A DNA stretch of 57,461 nt, filler included, from Nemertoderma westbladi (taxonomy: Eukaryota > Animalia > Xenacoelomorpha), in assembly GCA_032718475.1 (NCBI GenBank). It is 3 parts of 3 records of this genome, joined end to end, with 100 filler letters (N's around TTAATTAATTAA, not from the genome) between each part and the next. Parts side by side here need not be neighbours in the genome. Positions count along the whole stretch, not along the records: positions 35,452 to 57,461 come from JAUCBJ010004380.1; 2 more parts are not named here. One strand, written 5' to 3'. The notes below the pieces were generated by a model. It ran no database searches. It saw only the letters and a program-made list of their open reading frames with translations, and was not told where the DNA came from. Position 1 is the first letter of the stretch, and every line of letters begins with the position of its first letter. Positions 50,136 to 57,461 of this stretch are shown here, piece by piece. The position numbers were made by a program, and so were the translations under genes.

Positions 50136-52165
50136 TGGCCTCCTTTCAGTACCTTTTCTCTCCTTTCAGTACTTTTGCTCTCCTTTCAGTCATTTTGGCC
50201 TCCTTTTCTGCCCAATTGGCAACCTTCAGTTCGTTTGCCCTCCTTTCAATTCCGTTGCCCTACTTTCAGTCCTTTTGCCTTCCTTTAAGTCCATTTGCCC
50301 TCCTTTCAGTCCCCCCCTCCTTTCAGTCCCTTTGCCCTCCTTTCAGCCCCCCTCCTTTCAGTCCCTTTGCCCTCCTTTCAAACATTTTGCCCTCCTTTCA
50401 GACCTTTTGCCCATCTTTCAGTCCTTTTGCCTTCCTTTCAGTCATTTTGCCCACCTTTCAGTCTCTTTGCCGTCCTTTCAGTCATTTTGCCCACCTTTCA
50501 GTCTTTCTGGCCTCCTTTTCTGTCCAATTGCCCTCATTTCAGTCCTTTTGCCTAAATTTCAGTCCTTCTGCCTTCCTTTCAGTCCTTTTGCCCTCCATTC
50601 AATCCGTTTGCCCTTCTTTCAATCCCTTTGTCCTCCTTTCAGTCCTTTTGCCTTCCTTTCAGCCCCTTTGCCCACCTCTCAGTACTTTTGCTCTCCTTTC
50701 AGTCATTTTGCCCACCTTTCAGTCTTTCTGGCCTCCTTTTCTGTCCAATTGCCCTCATTTCAGTCCTTTTGCCTAAATTTCAGTCCTTCTGCCTTCCTTT
50801 CAGTCCTTTTGCCCTCCATTCAATCCGTTTGCCCTTCTTTCAATCCCTTTGTCCACCTTTCAGTCCGTTTGCCCTCCTTTCAGTCCTTTTGCCCTCCTTT
50901 CAGTCCTTTTGCCCCCTTTCAGTACTTTTGCCCTCCTTCAGTCCCTTTGCCCTCCTTTCAGTCCTTTTGCCCCCTTTCAGTACTTTTACCCTCCTTTCAG
51001 TCCCTTTGCCCTCCTTTCAGTCCTTTTGCCCCCTTTCAGTACTTTTGCCCTCCTTTCAGTGCCATTGATCTCCTTTCAATCCCTTTGCCCCCTTTCAGTA
51101 CTTTTGCCCTCCTTTCAGTCCTTTTGCCCTACTTGCAGTCATTTTGCCTTCCTTTCAGCCCCTTTGCCCTCCTTTCAGTCCCTCCTACCTCCTTTCAGTC
51201 CCCCCCTCCTTTCAGTCCCTTTGACCTCCTTTCAGTCCTTTTGCCCCCTTTCAGTACTTTTGCCCTCCTTTCAGTCCCTTTGCCCTCCTTTCAGTCCTTT
51301 TGCCCTCCTTTCAGTCATTTTGCCCCCTTTCAGTACTTTCGCCCTCCTTTCAGTCCTTTTGCCCCCTTTCAGTACTTTTGACCTCCTTTCAGTCCCTTTG
51401 CCCTCCTTTCAGTCCTTTTGCTCCCTTTCAGTACTTTTGCCCTCCTTTCAGTCCTTTTGCCCTACTTTCAGTCCTTTTGCCTTCCTTTCAGCCCCCTTTG
51501 GCTTCCTTTCAGTGCCATTGACCTCCTTTCAATCCTTTTGCCCCCTTTCAGTACTTTTGCCCTCCTTTCAGTCCCTTTGCCCTCCTTTCAGTCCCTTTGC
51601 CCTCCTTTCAGTCTCTTTGACCTCCCTTCAGTCCTTTTGCCCTCCTTTCAGTCCTTTTGCCCCCTTTCAGTACTTTTGCCCTCCTATCAGTCCTTTTGCC
51701 CCTTTTCAGTACTTTTGCCCTCCTTTCAGTCCTTTGTCCTACTTTCAGTCATTTTGCCTTCCTTTCAACCCCTTTGCCCTCCTTTCAGTCCCTCCTACCT
51801 CCTTTCAGTCCCTCCCCCTCCTTTCAGCCCCCTCCTTTTAGCCCCCCCTCCTTTTAGCCCCCCCTCCTTTCAGCCCCCCTCCTTTTAGCCCCCCTCCTTT
51901 CAGTACTTTTGCCATCCTTTCAGTCCTTCTCCCCCTCCTTTCAGTCCTTTTGCCCTTCTTTCCGTCCGTTTGCCGTCCTTTCATTCATTTTGACCTTCTT
52001 TCAGTCATGTTGCACTCCATTCAGTCATTTTGCCCTCCTTTCAGCCCCTCCCCCCTCTTTTCAGTCCCCCCCCCCTCCTTTCAGTTCTTTTGCCCTCCTT
52101 TCAGTACTTTTGCCCCACCTTTCACTCTTTTACCCCCCCCCCCCCACTCCCCCCCCTTCCCCCTT
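50136..52165. repeat. Polypyrimidine minisatellite (~19-21-bp units, CCTTTCAGTCCTTTTGCCCT)
   Basis: About 2 kb of C/T-rich degenerate units with larger internal duplications. Confidence 0.95.
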
Positions 52166-53564
52166 CAATCCCAACCAGGAATATCAAAATTTTCCATCAG
52201 GCACTCTTAATTGTTCAAGAGTGAGAGTGTAGGCAGCGTTGGCCTACGTTTTGGAACATGTGCCTCTCCAATCCTCTAAATAACAATTAGCATATTGGTT
52301 CAGACCTAATTGTTTAATGACTACTTATTTCTATGTAAACAATGTACATGATAACTTTCAGTACGTGAACTTTATTTGAGTTTATCACTAAATAAATTCA
52401 AACTGCATAATTTTCAATAATAATTACAGATACTGTATTAATTCTTACAAAATTATTAACCTTTAATATTATTTATCTACTTTTTTCTATATAAATATAC
52501 GTGTTTTCTCTTTTTTTCATCAGCTATTTACATTACGACAATATTTACAATATTATATATTTACAATATTTTCATATATGGTAATAAATCAGGTACTGTA
52601 GTAATAGTGTATGCGCCTATTGAATCGGCGTACAGTTAATTGATAGGCCAACGTTTATATGCAGCCTAAATGTTTGTATAAACAATAACCATCAAATTCA
52701 CGCAGATCTACACCATTTTGCTAGACTATTTAGTTACATTTTTCTGGTTAAAGTTTCGGGAGGCTTTTTTAATCTCTTAATCAAAATTGAATAATATATT
52801 TATTCCAAAATGGTAAAATTTCTTAAAAAGTATTTGTATTTAAGGTAACTTAGGCCTACTCAACTTAGTTACCTGAAAAAGAGACAGAGTTATTAGTTAT
52901 AGTTACACTAAATAGTCAATAACTGCAGCAAAACTTTCAATATTTTAAATACTTGGGGACTTTTCAACTAATTCTTAACAGATTATGCAATTCCTACTAA
53001 ATTATTCACTTTAAATGAAGTAGCACTGTATTTCACGCCGGTTCGAGTGGGAATATTTACACGAAAGAGCGTAAGCGATTGAGAGAAATTTGTAACGAGA
53101 GCCTGAAAAGGGAATGCAGGTTCATTATGCACCTGTACCTGTAGGCACTGTACTTGTACCGTTACGGTACCGGTAAAAACCTATTTAGCGTGTGCTATTT
53201 AGCCTGTAGGCGGCATAAGTAGGCCTACAGTTGGAAGAACGAAGAAGCGACAAGAATAAATACCTATGTATCTTGTAAACTTACAATCTAATAAACCTAC
53301 TGTATGTATCTTGTACTGTCTGCATCTGTGATATGATGAATGGCTTACTCTGTGACCAACCTCAGCGTGCACGTAGCACGTACTGTAGAATTACGTACAA
53401 TCATACTGATAGAAATACTGTCACGCCGTGATATATAGTAGCACCCCGCCCATAGCCCGTCATTGAGTGGACTCTATGTCACGGCGTATTTCACGCCAAT
53501 TTAAAAAAAACTACGTTCTTACATGTTGCAAAGTACTTTACAGGGTATTCTGAAATTATAACTA

Positions 53565-55755
53565 TTTGTTACATTATGCCAACTTAACAGCGTTCTGGCG
53601 AATTACTCGTAACGCTGCAAAGTAATCAATAACATGGAAACAACTTCAATTTCCGTATTCCAGAATGTATTATTTCCATTTATGTTATGAGTGCTGCTTT
53701 ATTATCCAGTTTGCAGTGACGGGACTAGCTACTGTATGTAAATAATTGTTTAACGTGTACTGTAATCCATTATGGTGAAACGTCCAATAGAAGACACTAA
53801 AATGACCAAAGAAAATGGCGACAGTGTTCAGTAAAACTGTACGGACACAGACGGTGACTCAGTTTGCTTCAGTCGACCAAAGTCAAGATGGATTAATGAT
53901 TTATCAACCCATGCAGGAAATAACAACAATAAACTTTAATTAGTTTTAAATGTATAATTAATACTGTGTACCTGTTAATAAATTTCACTTATATTCGATA
54001 TAGTACATGATTAAAATGTTTAAATGAGCATCCATAAAATCCTTTCTTCACATACCGAACGCTGATAAGTTGACATAATGTAACAAAATTACATACATCA
54101 TTGCTTGCAAAGGTCACTTTTCAGAGTTAAAGACCCTTGTTTATTTATGTAAACCTCCCTCGCTGCGCTCGCTCGGTACATAAATAAACTCGGGTCATAA
54201 CGCTGCAAAGTGCTACTTTGCATACAATGATGTAAATACAGTAGTTATTATTAAAAAATTTTAAAAGTACTCAACGCCGTTAGCATTACCAGCGAGTTGT
54301 TATTTAGCACTTTACAACTTTAGAGGACATTACAGCATTGTATTGGCCTGTATATTTAGTATTTTATTTGGCGTTATTGTTTACGTGGTAACCCATGACG
54401 GCGTTAAGTAATGTCCACTAAGGGGACATTACTTAACGCCGTCATTGGATTCCACCTAAACAATAGGTGGAAATTTGCCTGACAGCCAGATAGGCCTCCT
54501 GCATTACCATTACCTACCGGTAGTCGGGGTATAGCTATTAATAACCATTAGGGCCTAGCTATATTATTATAACATGGATCCAAACGCCACCATAAATATA
54601 AGCTAACTTATTTATAACATAATTTATGTCATTTTTACATTTATTTATAAAGCAACTAATATAATTTGTGCAGTTTCTATCACTTATAATGTATATGTAC
54701 AATCATTTCGTAATGTAAGCATTTTGGAATAAAACTACATACATACTTGTTGCAAAGTACTTTACAATGTTCTGATCCTCGTGGCTTTATTTTCAGTCAC
54801 TCACTAACGTTCGTTCGTGTAACAAAGCCACTCGGATCATCACACTGTAAAGTGCTACTTTAAACACAAGTATGTAAATAGTTATTACAGTGTTCTGATC
54901 CTCGTGGCTTTATTTTCAGTCACTCACTAACGTTCGTTCGTGTAACAAAGCCACTCGGATCATCACACTGTAAAGTGCTACTTTACACAAAAGTATGTAA
55001 ATAGTTATTACATCATTGTGTGCAAAGTAGTACTTTGCAGCGTTATGACCCGAGTTTATTTATGTACCGAGCGAGCGCAGCGAGGGAGGTTTACATAAAT
55101 AAACAAGGGTCTTTAACTCTGAAAAGTGACCTTTGCAAGCAATGATCTATGTAATTTTGTTATATTATGTCAACTTATCAGCGTTCGGTATGTGAAGAAA
55201 GGATTTTATGGATGCTCATTTAAATATTTTAATCATGTACTATACGAATATGAGTGAAATTTATTAACAGGTACACTGGTACACATTATTAATTATACAT
55301 TTAAATCTAATTAAAGTTTATTGGAAGTTACTGTATCTCCTGCATGGATGTTATAAATCATTCGGCCTACTCCATCTTGACTATAGTTGACTGAAGCAAA
55401 CTTAGTCACCGTCTGTATCCGTTCAGTTTTACTGAACACTGTCGCCATTTTCTTTGCTCATTTTCTCTAAAAAGTGTCTTCTATTGGACGTTTCGCCATA
55501 ATGGATTACAGTACACGTTAAATAATTATTTACATACAGTAGCTAGTCCCGTCACTGCAAACTGGAAAATAAAGCAGCACTCATTCACATTAATGGAAAT
55601 AATACATTCTGGAATACGGTAATTGAAGTTGTTTCCATGTCATTGAATACTTTGCAGCGTTCCGTCCTATATGACGCAACGCTGCAAAGTAGTACTTTGT
55701 AGCGTTACGAGTAATTCACCAGAATTCTGTTACGTTGACATAATGTAACAAAATT
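53565..55755. mobile_element. Large composite foldback element with ~0.7-kb inverted arms
   Basis: 53565-54238 is the reverse complement of ~55005-55755. The spacer holds a near-perfect hairpin (54395-54445) and a tandem duplicate (54765-55008). Confidence 0.88.
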
Positions 55756-56402
55756 AATTAAATACAAATTAATTATATAATATACAATCATTTAGGCCTA
55801 TTTACAAAAAATACAATTTTTAGAGATCAACGGTGTCATGTCATAATTAATCTGAAAGTTAATGTATTTTTCTAATTATTAAGAAGTTACTTCACAATTA
55901 TTTTGTTTTAATTTTAAACTTTAGTAGCCTATTTAGAAGTTTGGCTCTACAATAATATGTACAGTATATTGTTAATATTATTATTTTGTGTTACGTAATT
56001 AGGCTATTCTACCATATCATGGTAATGTATATTGTAATTGTAATACGTTTTTGGGTGCTTTTCTCTTTTATTGTATTTTATCCTGAAACACTTCATTTGC
56101 TTTTCGCCTTCACTCCTTGCTATACAGTATTTTACAACATTATTTTATTTCATTTGACAGTAAATTATTATGCGTTTAATTATATTATAATAATATGGTA
56201 ATAATTTTTCAAACACCTTCAACCATTGTGGTTTTACTATCTCTTTCACCTTAAAATTAAAATATTTAAGAAACCAGTTTCGAGTCTTCTACTACAGCGT
56301 TCGCAGCAGATACAGTACAATCGAATTAGCATAATAAACTCACATGTGAAACACTAGCTCGATTTGTGATACTTGTGTACATGTATTTTATATTGTGCGT
56401 CT

Positions 56403-56715
56403 AGGTATGATCAGCAAGTTAATATCTACTGATCCAGGGATCATCAAGTTAATATCTACTGATCCAGGGATCAGCAAGTTAATATCTACTGATCCAGGGA
56501 TCAGCAAGTTAATATCTACTGATCCAGGGATCAGCAAGTTAATATCTACTGATCCAGGGATCAGCACGTTAATATCTACTGATCCAGGTATGATCAGCAA
56601 GTTAATATCTACTGATCCAGGGATCAGCAAGTTAATATCTACTGATCCAGGGATCAGCACGTTAATATCTACTGATCCAGGTATGGTCAGCAAGTTAATA
56701 TCTACTGATCCAGGT
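56403..56715. repeat. 30/33-bp tandem repeat, about 10 copies
   Basis: Unit GATCAGCAAGTTAATATCTACTGATCCAGG. Confidence 0.96.
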
Positions 56716-57461
56716 TTGATATATTTTCTTTAGTGCTCGTAAATTAGTGATGTAGTACCCGCAGCATAAATGGTCGCGTTACGATGATTGCATCGGTCAT
56801 AAAGCAATTTACCGGTACTACTGTTGTACAGTAGTCTAATTGTCGAAATGAGAACGATAAAATCAATGCTGACCCTTGGTTGCATGTCCAGCTTACACTA
56901 CTGTCCTGAGTAAATAGTCCACCGCAAATGCAATTATAAGACCACAGACTCCTGTAAAAGCCTTTGCTGAATTGCCCCGTTATTTTTATTATTTTTACAT
57001 TAAAATACTCTGTAGTTGATTTAATAGGTGTAAGAGACCGTATTATTGCTGTATCGGTGTTTTTTAGAGGATCTAAGAGCTATTTCCTCCGTATGTGTAC
57101 TGTGAAAGGCATAGTTGATGATTCTATGGCAATTCCGTGACGCAAAAGGTGATAGCTACTCTTGAACAGTAGTTACTATGACGACGGTTAACAGCTGATA
57201 TTCATACGTGTCGATTTTCTTTGTTCTACGGCGTCTCTCAGTTCAGTCAGCCAATCAGAGCATTTTTATGGCTCTTGTACAGAAATTTCCTAGAAATCGC
57301 GTAATGCTTTACGGGCAGTGTTATCATTCTGTCCTGAGCCAGGAGAGAGCGGCTTGGGAATATTTTGTGCTTTTCTGTTTTAGCCTAACACTAGTAGGCT
57401 TAATTATAAGGACATATATCCGTTATCTTACTGACACTGCATACTGTGTAACACTGTGCAT

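Noticed and set aside
50135-52232. Long overlapping F/S/P/L-rich ORFs
   Set aside because: Stop-poor pyrimidine repeat open in several frames; no protein signal.

Overview
AT-rich, repeat-dense animal (invertebrate-like) nuclear DNA with two scaffold gaps (19933-20032 and 35352-35451, both N runs around a TTAATTAATTAA linker). The first ~36 kb is mostly nested, decayed transposable elements: Penelope-like, L2/CR1, BEL/Pao, a Dada-like transposase, RTE-X, several RTE copies, a TRIM-like mini-LTR, a CR1-type LINE with a PHD/CCCH ORF1, MITEs and Helentron/DINE-like elements. One long, intact, intronless ORF (21474-23189, minus) sits among them and looks like a very divergent DadA/DAO-family FAD oxidoreductase, a candidate horizontally acquired gene. 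The right half holds the 3' five coding exons of an ether-a-go-go (Kv10, KCNH1/5-type) K+ channel gene. An intact, intronless ALG10 (KCR1) gene lies on the same strand ~2 kb before the S6 exon and is apparently nested in an eag intron; KCR1 is a known EAG/hERG modulator. A phase-matched acceptor just ahead of ALG10 could allow an in-frame eag-ALG10 fusion. The eag introns carry unusual minisatellites, notably ~95 tandem copies of the CNBHD exon end plus its 5' splice site. All family assignments are by motif recognition only; no searches were run.
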